DNA of 64,000 bases from Hypanus sabinus (taxonomy: Eukaryota), in contig NW_026781620.1 of assembly GCF_030144855.1 (NCBI RefSeq), forward strand, positions 1 to 64,000, given 5' to 3'. A program made the translations under genes and the position numbers. Position 1 is the first letter of the stretch. Each line of letters starts with the position of its first letter. The notes beneath the pieces are model-generated. The model ran no database searches. It had not been told where the DNA came from and saw only the letters and a program-made list of their open reading frames with translations. Shown here one piece after another: positions 48,652-61,800 of this stretch.

Positions 48652-51517
48652 CCATATAACATATAACCATATAACAATCACAGCACGGAAACAGGCCATC
48701 TCGGCCCCCCTAGTCCGCGCCGATCTCTTAATCTCACCTAGTCCCAACTACCCGCACTAAGCCCATAACCCTCCACTCCTTTCCTGTCCATATACCTGTC
48801 CAATTTTACCTTAAATGACACAACTGAACTGGCCTCTACTACTTCTACAGGAAGCTCATTCCAGTCAGCTATCACTATCTGAGCAAAGAAATACCCCCTC
48901 TCGTTTCCCTTAAACTTTTGCCCCCAAACACTCAATTCAGGTCCTCTCGTTTGAATCTCCCCTACTCCCAATGGAAACAGCCTATACACATCAACTTTAT
49001 CTATCCCTCTCAAAATTTTAGATACCACGATCAAATCCCCCCTCAACCTTCTACGCTCCAGTGAATAGAGACCTAACTTGTTCAACCTTTCTCTGTAATT
49101 TAAGTGCTGAAACCCAGGTAACATCACAGTAAATCGTCTCTGCACCTCTCTAATTTATTGATATCTTTCCTATCATTCGGTACCTTGTACAATTTTAAAA
49201 TGAAATCCAACTTCTGTACTCAATGCGCTGAATTATAAAGGCCAGCGTTCCAAAAGCCTTCTTCACCACACTATCTACATGAGACTCCACCTTCAAGGAA
49301 CTATGCACTGTTATTACTAGATCTCTCTGTTCAACTGCATTCCTCAATGCCCTGCCGTTTACCCTGTATGTTCTAATTGGATTATCCCTGCAAAAATGTA
49401 GAACCTCACACTTCTCAGCATTAAATTCCGTCTGCCACCGTTCAGCCCATTCTACTAACCGGCATGAATATCCCTGCAAGCTTTGAAAACCCACCTCATT
49501 ATCCACAACACCTCCTACCTTAGTATCAGAGGCATACTTACCACCCGATTATCCAGATCATTTATGTATATTTCAAACAACATTGGGCCCAAAACAGATC
49601 GCTGAAGCACCCCGCAAGTCACCGGCCTCCATCCCGAAAAACAATTATCCACCACTACACTCTGGCATCTCCCATCTATCCACTGTTGATTCCATTATTT
49701 ACTCCAGCATTAATACCTAACGACTGAACCTTCTTAGCTAACGTTCCATGTGGAACTTTGTCAAAGGCCTTGCTGAAGTCCATATAGACTACATCCACTG
49801 TCTTACCCTCGTCAACACTCCTCGTAACTTCTTCAAAATTTCAATAAGGTTTGTCAAACATGGCCTTCCACGCACAAATCCATGCTGGCTACTCCTAATC
49901 AGATGCTATCTATACAGATAATTATAAATACTATCTCCAAGAATACTTTCCATTAATTTACCCACCACTGATGTCAAAATGACAGGTCTATAATTGCTAG
50001 GCTTACTTCTAGAACCCTTTCTAAACAATGGAACCAAGCATGAGCAATACCACAATCCTCCGGCACAATCTCCGTTTCTAATGATATCGGAAAGATCTCT
50101 GTCAGAGCTCCTGCTATCTCTACAAAAACTTCCCTCAAGGTCCTGGGGGATATCCTGTCATGAACCGCAGATTTATCCACTTTTAAATTTCTTAAAAGCG
50201 CCAGTACTTCCACATCTTTAATTGTCATAGGTTCCATAACTTCGTATTGTTTCCCACACCTTAAACAATTCAATATCCTTCTCGTTAGTGAATACCGAAG
50301 CGGGGAAATCGTTCAAAATCTCTCCCATCTCCCCCGGCTCCACACATAGCTGACCACCCTGATTCTCCAAGGGACCAATTTTATCCTTCACTGCCCTCTT
50401 GCTTTTAATATAACTGGAGAAACCTTTCGGATTTACTTTCAACTTATTTGCAAAACCAACCTCGTATCTTCTTTTAGCTGTTCTATTCTCTTTCTTAAGA
50501 TTCATTTTACATTCTTTATATACCTCGAGCAATTCCTTTACTCCATGCTGCCTATATCTATTGTAGACATCAATCTTTTTCTGAACCAAGTGTCTAAAAT
50601 CCCTTGAAAACCATGGTGCTTTCAAACCTTTAATATTTTCTTTCAACCTAACAGGAACATAAAGATGCTGTACCCTCATAATTTCACATTTAACTGACCT
50701 CCATTTCTCTATTACATCCTTCCCATTAAAAAAATACTTGATCCAATCCACTCTCTCTAAATCCCTTCGCATCTCCTCAAAGTTAACCTTTCTCCAATGA
50801 AAAATCTCAACTCTAGGTCCAGTCCTGTCCTTCTCCATAATTATATTGAAGCTAATGCTATTGTGATCACTGGACCCGAAGTGCTCCCCAACACATACAT
50901 CTGTCAGCTGACCTATCGCATTCCCTAACAGGAGATCCAACACTGCCCCATCTCTAGTCGGTACTTCTACGTATTGTTGTAAAAAAACTATCCTGCACAC
51001 ATTTCACAAACTCTAAATCATCCAGCCCTTTTACAGAATGAGCTTCCCAATCTACGTGTGGAAAACTAAAATCTCCCACAATCACTACCTTGTGTTTACT
51101 ACAAATATCTGCTATTTCCTTACATATCTGCTCTTCCAACTCACTTTCCACATTAGGTGGCCTATAAAACACTCCTATCAGTGTTACTACACCTTTCACA
51201 TTCCTCAATTCCACCCAAAATAGCCTCCCTAGAGGAGTTCTCTATTCATTCCTTGCAAAGCACCGCCATAAGATATTCTCGGATAAGCAATGCAACACCT
51301 CCTTATCTGGCCCCTCCTACTCTATCACAAATGAAACAACTAAATCCAGCAATATTTACTTGCCAATCACTCCCTTCCTGCAACCATGTTTCACTAATAG
51401 CTACAACATCATAATTCCAGGTATCAATCCACGCTTGAAGCACATCCGCATTTCTTACAATGCTCCTAGCATTAAAATCGATACATTTAAGATACTCTCC
51501 ACCTTCTCCTCTCTTTT
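48652..51517 (-). mobile_element. CR1 with (CATATAAC)n tail, internally deleted, interrupted by a younger CR1; continues at 55716-55845
   Basis: Minus ORFs 48738-49145, 49195-49506, 49974-50273, 50218-51000 and 50954-51214; the sequence ctcttttc/atccttaac is continuous across the insertion. Confidence 0.92.
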
Positions 51518-54500
51518 CAGAGAGAGGGCAGCGTCGAGCGGGCAGCGGAGTCCGTGGAAGCAGAGTCCTGGGCTTTGGCTAAGGGGGAGTCCGTGGAAGC
51601 AGAGTCCTGGGCTTTGGCTAAGTGGGCTTCGGCGTAAGGGGACTTCAGTAAGCCTGTGTGATTGCTCGCTGAGGGGAAGAAGGTAAGGACGCTAGGTGCT
51701 TTTTAGACTTATTCTATTAATCCAGTTCAGGTATGGGGCAGACAGTTAGAGCAGTGGTGTGCTCCGTATGCAGTATGTGGGAAGTCAGGGTCAACACAGT
51801 TGTCCCTGATGACCACCCCTGCAAGAGGTGCGTCCAGCTGCAACTCCTATCAGACCGAGTTGGAGCAGGAGCTGGATGAACTACGGATCATTCGGGAGGT
51901 GGAGGCAGAGATAGATAGGAGTTATCAGGAGGTAGTCACACCAAAAACCAAGAAGTAGGCAGATGGGTGACGGACCAGAGAGGCAGGGGGATCAGGCAGA
52001 GAGAGCAGAGCACCCCTGCTGCCATTCCCATTAACAATAAGTATACCGTACTGGATACTGTTGATGGGATGACCTACCAGGAATGAGCTGTAGTGGTCCT
52101 GCCTCTGGCACAGAGGTTGAACCCTCAACTAGAAAGGGGAGAAGGGAAGAGAAGAGAGCGATAGTTTTAGGGGACTCTATAGTTAGGGGGCAGATAGGAG
52201 AGTCTCGGATGGTATGTTGCCTCCCTGGTGCTAGGGTCCGGGACATCTCAGATCGGGTGCAGGCTATTCTTGAGAGTGAGGGCATGAACCCAGAGGTAGT
52301 GGTCCATGTAGGGACCAATGATGTAGGTAAGGTGAGTGAGGGGGTCCAGCTTAGAGAGTTCAGGGAGTTAGGAGTGAAGCTGAAAGGCAGGACCTCCAGG
52401 GTGACAATCTCGGGATTGCTACCTGTGCCACGTGCGAGGGAGGCGAAGAATAGAATGATTATGTACATTAATACGAGGCTGAGAGCATGGTGCAGGAAGG
52501 AAGGGTTCAGGTTTTTGGATAATTGGTCTTTGTTCCAGGGACATTGGGATCTGTTTCGAAGGGATGGTCTACATCTGAACCGGAGGGTTTCTAACATTCT
52601 TGCAGGAGTATTTGCCAGTGCTGCTCGGGAGGTTTTAAACTAGATGTGCAGGGGGCAGGGATCCAGATCCAGAGGGTTGGTCAGAAGGTGCATGGGGTTA
52701 AATGTGTACAAGGTTTGGGTGATCTTGAGAAGGTCATCAAAATTCAGGGTGCAATTTGCCCGATGGAAGTTCAAGGAGCTGGGTTAGGTACAGTAGACAG
52801 TGTTTTAAGCAAAGAGAGGAGGAATGGGCTAAGAATTCTATACTTGAATGCGCGTAGTGTCAGAAATAAGACAGATGAGCTTGAAGCTCAGATGAAAATG
52901 GGGAACTACGATATTGTTGGGATAACGGAGACATGGCTGCAAGGGGATCAGGCCTGGGAATTGAGTGTACCAGGGTATAAGTGCTATCGTAGAGACAGAA
53001 ATATGGGAAGAGGGGGTGGGGTGGCCCTGTTGGTGAGGAATGAGATTCAGTCCTTAGCAAGAGGTGACTTGGGAACAGGGCAAGTAGAGTCTGTGTGGAT
53101 TGAGCTGAGGAACAGTAAGGGTAAAAAGACCCTAATGGGTGTTGTGTACAGGCCCCCAAACAGTAGCGTGGATATTGGGTACAAGTTGATTAGGGAGTTA
53201 ACATTGGCATGTGCTAAAGATAATGCAGTCGTTATGGGAGATTTCAACATGCAGGTGGACTGGGAAAATCAGGCAGGTGCTGGACCCCAGGATAGGGAGT
53301 TTGTGGAGTGTCTAAGGGATGTATTTTTGGAACAGCTTGTGCTTGAGCCAACCAGGAACGAGGCTATTTTGGATTTGGTGATGTGTAATGAACAGGAATT
53401 AATAAGTGATCTTGAAGTAAAGGAGCCATTAGGAAGTAGTGATCATAACATGATAAGTTTTTATCTACAATTTGAAGGGATAGGGGCAGATCAGAGGTGT
53501 CAGTGTTGCAATTAAATAAAGGAGACTACAGAGCCATGAGGGATGAGCTGGCCAAAGTTAAATGGGCGGATGCCCTGGCAGGAAAGACAGTGGATCAGCA
53601 GTGGCAGATATTCTTGGGCATAATACAAAAGATGCAAATGCAGTTCATTCCAATGAGAAGGACGGATTCAAACAGGGAGAAGGGGCCACAGTGGTTAACA
53701 AAGGAAGTCAGAGATTGTATAGCATTAAAGAAAAAGAAGTATGACAGGGCGAAGATGAGTGGGAATACAGATGATTGGGAAAGTTTTAAGGAACAGCAGA
53801 TCTTAACTAGAAAAGCAATACGGAGAGAAAAATCAGGTATGAGCTCAGTCTAGCCAGGAATATAAAAGGGGATAGCAAAAGCTTTTTTAGCTATGTGAAG
53901 AGAAGGAAGATAGTTAAGAACAATGTTGGCCCCTTGAAGAATGAATTGGGAGAAATTGTTATGGGAAACAGGAAAATGGCAACAGAATTTAATGCATACT
54001 TTAGATCTGTCTTCACCAGGCAGGACACAAGCAATCTCCCAGATGTATGGATGGGCCAGGGTCATAAGATATCAGAGGAATTGAGACAGATTGACATTAG
54101 GAAAGAAACTGTGATGAGTAGACTGGTAGGACTGATGGCTAATAAATCCCCGGGTCCAGATGGTCTGCATCCGAGGGTTCTAAAAGAGGTGGCTCAGGAA
54201 TTGCGGATGCATTGGTAATCATTTTCCAATGTTCCTTAGATTCAGGATCAGTTCCTGAAGATTGGAGAGTGGCTAATGTTGCCCCACTTTGCAAGAAGGG
54301 AGGGAAGGAGAAAACGAAGAACTATCGCTCTGTTAGCCTAACGTCAGTCGTGGGGAAGATGCTTGAGTCCATTATTAAGGACGAAATGGTGGCACATCTA
54401 GATGGCAGAAATAGGATTAGGCCGAGCCAGCATGGATTTACCAAGGGCAAATCATGCTTGACTAATCTGTTGGAGTTTCTTGAGGGTGTAACAAGGATAT

Positions 54501-55715
54501 TAGACGAGAGTAAGCCAGTAGATGTTGTGTCCCAAGATTTTCAGAAGGCATTCGATAAGGTGCCACATAGGAGATTGGTGAGTAAAATCAGAGCTCATGG
54601 CATTGGGGGCAGGGTTTCAACATGGATAGAAAACTGGTTGGCAGAAAGAAATCAAAGGGTAGCAGTGAATGGGTGTTTCTCATTCTGGCTGGACGTGACT
54701 AGTGGGGTACCACAGGGCTCTGTATTGGGAACACAGCTCTTTACGATTTATGTCAATTATTTAGATGAGGGCATTGAAAACTATATCAGCAAGTTTGCTG
54801 ACGATACTAAACTGGGTGGCAGTGTGACATGCGAAGAGGACGTTAGGAGAATACAGGGAGACTTGGATAGGCTGAGTGAGTGGGCAGATACTTGGCAGAT
54901 GTCATTCAATGTGAATAAATGTGAAACTATCCACTTTGGAAGCAGGAACAAGAGGGCAGAGTATTGTCTGAACGGTGTCGAGTTAGGTAAGGGAGAAATG
55001 CAAAGAGACCTAGGAGTCCTAGTTCACCAGTCAATGAAGGTGAATGAGCAAGTGCAACAGGCAGTGAAGAGGGCAAATGGAATGTTGGCCTTTGTTACAA
55101 GGGGAATTGAATACAAGAGCAAGGGTGTTCTTTTGCATTTGTACAGGGCCCTGGTGAGACCTCACCTGGTGTATTGTGTACAGTTTTGGTCTCCGGGTTT
55201 AAGGAAGGACATTCTGGCAATTGCAGAAGTGCAGCGCAGATTCACTAGGTTGATTCCTGGGATGACAGGGCTGTCTTACGCAGAGAGATTGGAGAGATTG
55301 GGCTTGTAAACGCTGGAATTGAGGAGATTGAGAGGGGATCTGATTGAAACGTTGAAGATAATTAAAGGATTTGATAGGATTGAGGCAGGAAATATGTTCC
55401 AGATGGTGGGAGAGTCCAGTACCAGAGGGCATGGATTGAGAATAAGAGGTCAGTTATTTAAAACAGAGTTGAGGAAGAGATTCTTCTCCCAGAGAGTTGT
55501 GGAGGTGTGGAATGCACTGCCTCGGAAGACGGTGGAGGCCAATTCTCTGGATGCTTTCAAGAAGGAGCTGGATAGATATCTGATGGATAGGGGAATCAAG
55601 GGATATGGGGACAAGGCAGGGACTGGGTATTGATAGTGAATGATCAGTCATGATCTCAGAATGGCGGTGCAGACTCGAGGGGCCGAATGGTCTACTTCTG
55701 CACCTATTGTCTATT
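51518..55715 (+). mobile_element. Young near-full-length CR1 LINE (5' UTR, ORF1 zinc finger and SGNH esterase, ORF2 endonuclease and RT)
   Basis: 37-nt repeat with 39-nt period at 51547-51622; ORF1 from about 51733 with CxxC...CxxC and VLGDSIVRG; ORF2 pieces 52646-53515, 53497-53853, 53895-54218, 54212-55309 and 55319-55633 (YLNARS, GITETW, VMGDFN, SDHN, SGVPQGSVLG, FADD); only a few frameshifts or stops. Confidence 0.96.
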
Positions 55716-55845
55716 CATCCTTAACAATGCATTCAAATTTATTATCTTTTTTCTTTCTTTTCTGCTACATTTTCGGGCTGAGCGCATCCCTTCTTCATCA
55801 CCTGCCTTTCCTCCCTGACAAACTGTCTATTTACTTTGCTCTTCA

Positions 55846-58800
55846 GGTGATGCACTTTGGTGGAAGCCATAAACGAGCAGGCTATTATTTATGTGACGTG
55901 ATGCTGTAGCTCGAAAAGGCACTCATGGGACCATTTTTGCAGTCTTGTAGTATTGTGTGCAGCTTTGGGCTCCATATTTTAGAAAGGATATACTGACAGT
56001 GGTGAGGTTTCAGAGAAGAATCACGAGAATGTTTCAAGGAGTGAAAGGGTTGCCGTATGAGGACTGGCTGGCTGATCTTGGGCTGCATTCCCTGGAGTTG
56101 AGGAAATTAAGGGCGGGATCTTACAGAAAAATTCCAAATGTTAAAATGTCTGAACAGATTAGATGTGAGATGGGGATTATATGGCTGAGGGCAGGATTGA
56201 AGGACATCCATTTAGAACACAGATGCGTCGAAACTACTTTAGACAGATGGCCGTAAATCTGTGGAATTTGTTATAACGAGCTGCTGTGGAGGCCAATACA
56301 TTGGGTGCATTTAAGGCAGAAATGGATACGTTCTTGATTAGCCAGGGCATCAATATTCCTATATTTCATTGCTTTAAAAGGGATAAAGAGGGGGAAAAAG
56401 TGGAGGAGGTGTGGCATTACTGTTCAGGGACTATTACAGTTGCAGAAAGGGTGCTTGATGCAGCAGGATACTCTTATGAGTCTGTAAATGTGGAGGTCAG
56501 GAAGAGGAATGGGACAGTTACTCAACTGTCGTATTCTATACGCAGCGGCAGAGATACCAAGGAGTAGAGTGGGAGGCAGATTTTGGAAAGGTGCAAAAAT
56601 AACAGGGTTGTGATCATGGCTGACTTTAACTTCCCTAATATTGATTGGCACTTGATTAGTTCCAGGGGTTTAGATGGGGCAGTGTTTAGTAAGTGTGTCC
56701 AGGATGGATTCACGCAACAGTATATTGATAGGCCGACCAGGGTGAATGCCATACTAGATCTAATATTAAGTAAGGAACGGGGTCAGGTCACAGATCTGTC
56801 AGTAGGTGAACATCTGGGGGACAGTGATCACCGCTCCTCACCTTTAGCATTTTCATGGAAAAGGATATAATTAGAGTACAGGAAACAATTTAATTGGGGA
56901 AGGGCAAATTATGAGGCTATAATGCTAGAACTTGCGGGTGTGAATTGGGATGATGGTTTTGAAGGTAAATGTACTATGGACATGTGGTCGATGTTTAAGG
57001 ATCTCCCGCAGGAATTTAGGGATACGTTTGACCCGGTGAGGAAGATAAAGAATGGCGGGGTGAAGGAGCCATGGGTGTCAAGTGAAGTGGAAAATCCAGT
57101 CTGGTAGAAGAACGCAGCATACATGAGGTTTAGGAAGTAAGGATCATCTGGGCCTATTGAGGAATATTGGGTAGCAAGAAATGAGCTTAGGAAGGGGCTG
57201 AGAAGATCAAGAAGAGGGCAGGAGAAGGCCCTGGCGAGTAGGGTAAAGGAAACACCCAAGGCGTTCTTCAATTATGTGAAGAACAAAAGGATGACAGGAG
57301 TGAAGGTAGGACCGATTAGAGATAAAAGTGGAAGATGTGCCTGGAGGCTGTGGAAGTGAACGAGGTCCTCAATGAATACTTCTTTTCTGTATTCACCACT
57401 GAGAGGGAACTTGATGATGGTGAGGACAATATGAGTCAGGTTGATGTTTTGGAGCATGTTAATATTAAGGGAGAGGAAGTGTTGGAGTTGTTAAAATACA
57501 TTAGGACGGATAAGTCCACGTGGCCTGATGGAATATTCCCCAGGCTGTTCCATGGGGCAAGGGAAGAGATTGTAGAATCTCTGCCTAGGATCTTTATGTC
57601 CTTATTGTCAACGGGAATGGCATCGGAGGAGTGGAGGGATGCCAATGTTATCCCCGTGCTCAAAAAATTAGTAGGTCTAGTCCAGGTAATTATAGACCAG
57701 CGAACCATCCATCTCGGGTGGGAATTCTGTTGGAAAAGATTCATAGAGATAAGATTTAAGGACATTCATAAATCAGGGTCAGTCAGCATGGATTTGTGGA
57801 GGGCAGATCCTGCATAACAAGCCTGATAGAGTTCTTTGTGGAAGTGACCAGGCATATAGATGAGAGTAGTGCAGTGGATGTGATCTACATGAATTTTCGT
57901 AACGCATTTGACAATTTTCCACACGGTTGGCTTATTCAGAAAGTCAGAAGGCATGGGAGCCTGGGAAGTTTGGCCAGGTGGATTCAGAATTGGCTTGCTC
58001 TACTTTTTGGGAATGTTATTAATGACCTAGATGTGGGGGTTGAAGGGTGGGGTGGCAAGTTTGCAGATGACACAAAGGATGGTGGTGTTGTAGATAGTCT
58101 AGAGGATTGTCAAGGATTGCAGAGAGACATTGATAGGATGCAGAAGTGGGCTGAGAAGTGGCAGATGGAGTTCAACCCGGAGAAGTGTGAGGTGGTACAC
58201 TTTGGAAGGACAAACCGCAAGGCAGAGTACAAAGTAAATGTCAAGTTACTTGGTTGTGTGGAGGAGCAGAGGGATCTGGAGATCTATGTTCAAAGATCCC
58301 TGAACGTTGCCTCACAGGTAAATAGGGTAGTTAAGAAAGCATAGCTTTCATAAGTCTAGGGATAGAGTTTACGATAGGTGATGTAATGATGCAGCTCTAT
58401 AAGACTCTAGTTAGGACACACTTGGAGTACTGTGTCCAATTCTGATCTTGGAGTACTGTGTCCAATTCTGATCGCCTCACTCTTGGAAGGATGTCGAAGC
58501 ATTGGAAAGGGTACACAGGAGATTTACCGGGATGCTGCCTGGTTCAGAGAGACATGATTATGATCAAAGATGAAGGGAGCTGGGGATTACACTTTGGAGG
58601 GAAAGAGGATGAAAGGAGTCATGATAGAGGTGGACAAGATATTAAGAGGAATAGACAGAGTGGATAGCCAGCGTCTCTTCCCCAGGTCACCACTACTCAG
58701 TGCAAGAGGACATTGCTTTCAGGTAAGTGGAGGACAGTTCAAGGGGGATATTAGAGGAAGGTTATTCACTCAGAGAGTGGTTGGTGCGTGGAATGCACAG

Positions 58801-61800
58801 CCTGAGTCAATGGTGGAGGCAGATACAGTAGTGAAGTTTAAGAGACAGTTAGATAGGTATATGGAGGAATTGAAGGTGGGGGGTTATATGGGAGGCAGGG
58901 TTTCTGGGTCGGCAAAGCATTGTGGGCTGGAGGGCCTGAAATGTGCTGTACTATACAATGTTCTATATTCAAAACGTATGGGATGAAGGCAATGAGTGGG
59001 AATGACTTGAAGAATTGGATCCGCTCGTGATGAAATGGTGCAGCAGACTCAGCGGGCCGAATGGCCTACCGCTGTTCCTGTAACTTATAGTCTTAGGGTC
59101 TTATAAGCACGTCATGAAATAGATTGAAATCAGTATGAATGTCCTTACGTTTAAAGCTGAGGTTGAAAAGTCGTTGTTGATTACAAAATTACAGAACTAT
59201 TTCCAAAATTACGGGCGGAAGGTAACAGAATGTCAAGAAAAACTTCCAATGATCACAATTTCAATACCGAAAACGTTTGGTTAAGGAAAGAGTTTATATG
59301 AGAGTAATCTTTTTACTCTTATCGGTTGAACGACTGTGGGTGCGGTATTTCAACATTCCTGGAATTTATTAATTATCTTAGCAAGAAAATGAATTTCTTG
59401 GTATATAGAAGCGTTATATAGATACCCGCCCCCGGTTTATTTGAAAGAACTATCGGATCTGTCCAAAACTGGTGAGACTGAGATTGCTCGATCGCTAAGC
59501 AAATCCCGGTTGGTTTCTCTTCTGTGGTATTTGCAACCCCGTTACAAACTTGTGCCATGACATAACAAGCGGCATACAAATACAGAGATTAGATTTATAG
59601 ATCTAAACTCAACTCTAGTAACGAGGAAGGAAAAGTAAGAAACCATCCTAATTATCTGTGAAATGGGCACCAGCTGAAGCTCCTCTTGAGCTTACTTGAA
59701 ACTCCTGGGCTCTATGTCAACACAAAATAACAAAGCAATACGTCTGGAACAAACAGGTCGCTCACCGGATTGTATCCTGCGATCGGTTCTCCCAGCGTAT
59801 GTTTTTTTTCATCTCGCGGCGAACCAAAATCAAAACCAAGACAGACCGTATTGTCCCTCATGAAGAATGTCTGCCCAGAATTTAACCATCCCAACTTGAT
59901 CGCAGGTTTTTGTTATATTCAGCAGTAATCCAAACATTTTGCCAGCAGTACAGGCTGCTTTTTCTGAAATTCAGAATTAAATACATGGAACATAGTGTGA
60001 GTATAAAGCGGGACATCACAGTACTTTGATAAACTTTGTGCTTTGAACTTGGAACTTAAATGAGAATCACACACAAAACGCTGTGGAGCACAGCAAGTCA
60101 GGCAGCATCTCTGGAACTGAATAAGCACTCGAGGTTTCGGGGTGAGACCATTCATTAGGGCTTGACAGTAGCAATGTACGTTCTTATTCTACAGAGCCAC
60201 AAGACTCAAATATTTCTCGTTTATTCTCTGTTTTAATCCTGGAATTATTCGTGTGAAATTCCCATGGGCCCTCTCCAATGCCAGCACATTTTTTTTTTGT
60301 GAGATGAGGATCTGGAATTTATTCTAATATGGCATTTCACTTGCCATTTTCTTGCCAATTCTCCTCATCTTTCGAAGATCCTCTGCAAACGGCCCGTTCC
60401 CTCAACAGTACCTGCCCCTACAGCAATATTCGTGCCATCTGCAGGCTTGGCAACAAACCGTCTGCTCCATCATCTATATCATTGACATGCAACAGCGAAA
60501 AAATTGGTCTCTACACGGACACCGGCGGAAGATCCGTTTACACTCACTCAATTTTTCTTACTGTTCAGCCAATCCTCATTGTTCTTCTTGTAATACCATG
60601 GATCTAATTTGGTAAGCTGCCTGATGTGTGGCAACGAGTCAAATTTCTTTCAAAAGTCCAAATACACAACATAAACTACAACCCCTTTATGTATCCGACA
60701 TGTATTCTCCTCAAGGAAATTCAGCGGGCAAGATCTCTTAATCAGGCGAGGTTTTAACACATTTGTGAGATGGGTGTGTCCCTTGGGCCTGATGATTTCT
60801 ATGCAGGATATTAAGAGAGATAGCAGAGGGGTGTAATGACTTTGTCATCTCTTGTCCTGCCTTACGCAGCTTAACAATTGAATCCTACCACCAAGATCAG
60901 GCTGTCAGGTATATAAACTCCTTTTTATTCTATCTTCCCCCTTTCCTAAAAAAGTGAGGTGGCATTTGCAATTTTTCTGACATCGGGCGCCATGCAGGAG
61001 TCCAACGATTTTGAGGGATCATTGCTAATGCCTCCACTATCTCCAATGCACACTCTTTAAGAGCCCTGATGTGGAGTTCATGTGGTCCGGCTGACTTATG
61101 GACCCTTTGGTCTTTCAGCTTTTTGAGCACCTTCTACCCTTGTAAGAATAACTGCATCCACTTCTGTTCTTTCACACATGACAACATCAGACATCTACTA
61201 GAATCTTCCATTGTGATGATTGATGCAAAATACTCATTCAGTTCATCTGCCATCCCCTTGTCCCCGTTACTATCTCTCCTGCCCTATTTCTAGCGGTCCT
61301 ATATCCACTCGTATTTCTCCATAATTGTTCTGCACTGAAGCACAATTTCTCTACCATGTTGATGTTATTCATTAGCTTGCTTTCATATTTCATCTTTTCC
61401 CATAAAACTATTCTGTCTGTTCTCTGCAGGTTTTTAAAAGTTTCCCAATACTGATTTCCTGCAAGTTTCTGCTTTGTGAAATACCCTCTCTTTTGCTTTT
61501 CCGTTTGTCACGATTGTTCTAATTTTACAATTTCTTTGTTTTTAGAATGCAAGAATTCTGCACGTTCCTCTGTATTAACAGAAGTTAACTGCATTTCCGT
61601 CCTGCAGACCATCCCGACAGCGTCTCATTCAAGCCGAATTTGGCCATGAACTTTTTCAGTCCATTGTAATTTATCTTATTCCATTGAAATACTGCGGCGT
61701 CAGACTTTACTTTTCCCCTATCGTATTTAAAATTGATCTCAATTATATTGTGATCACTGATTCCTAAATGTCCCTTTACCTTAAGCTCTCTTATCATTTC

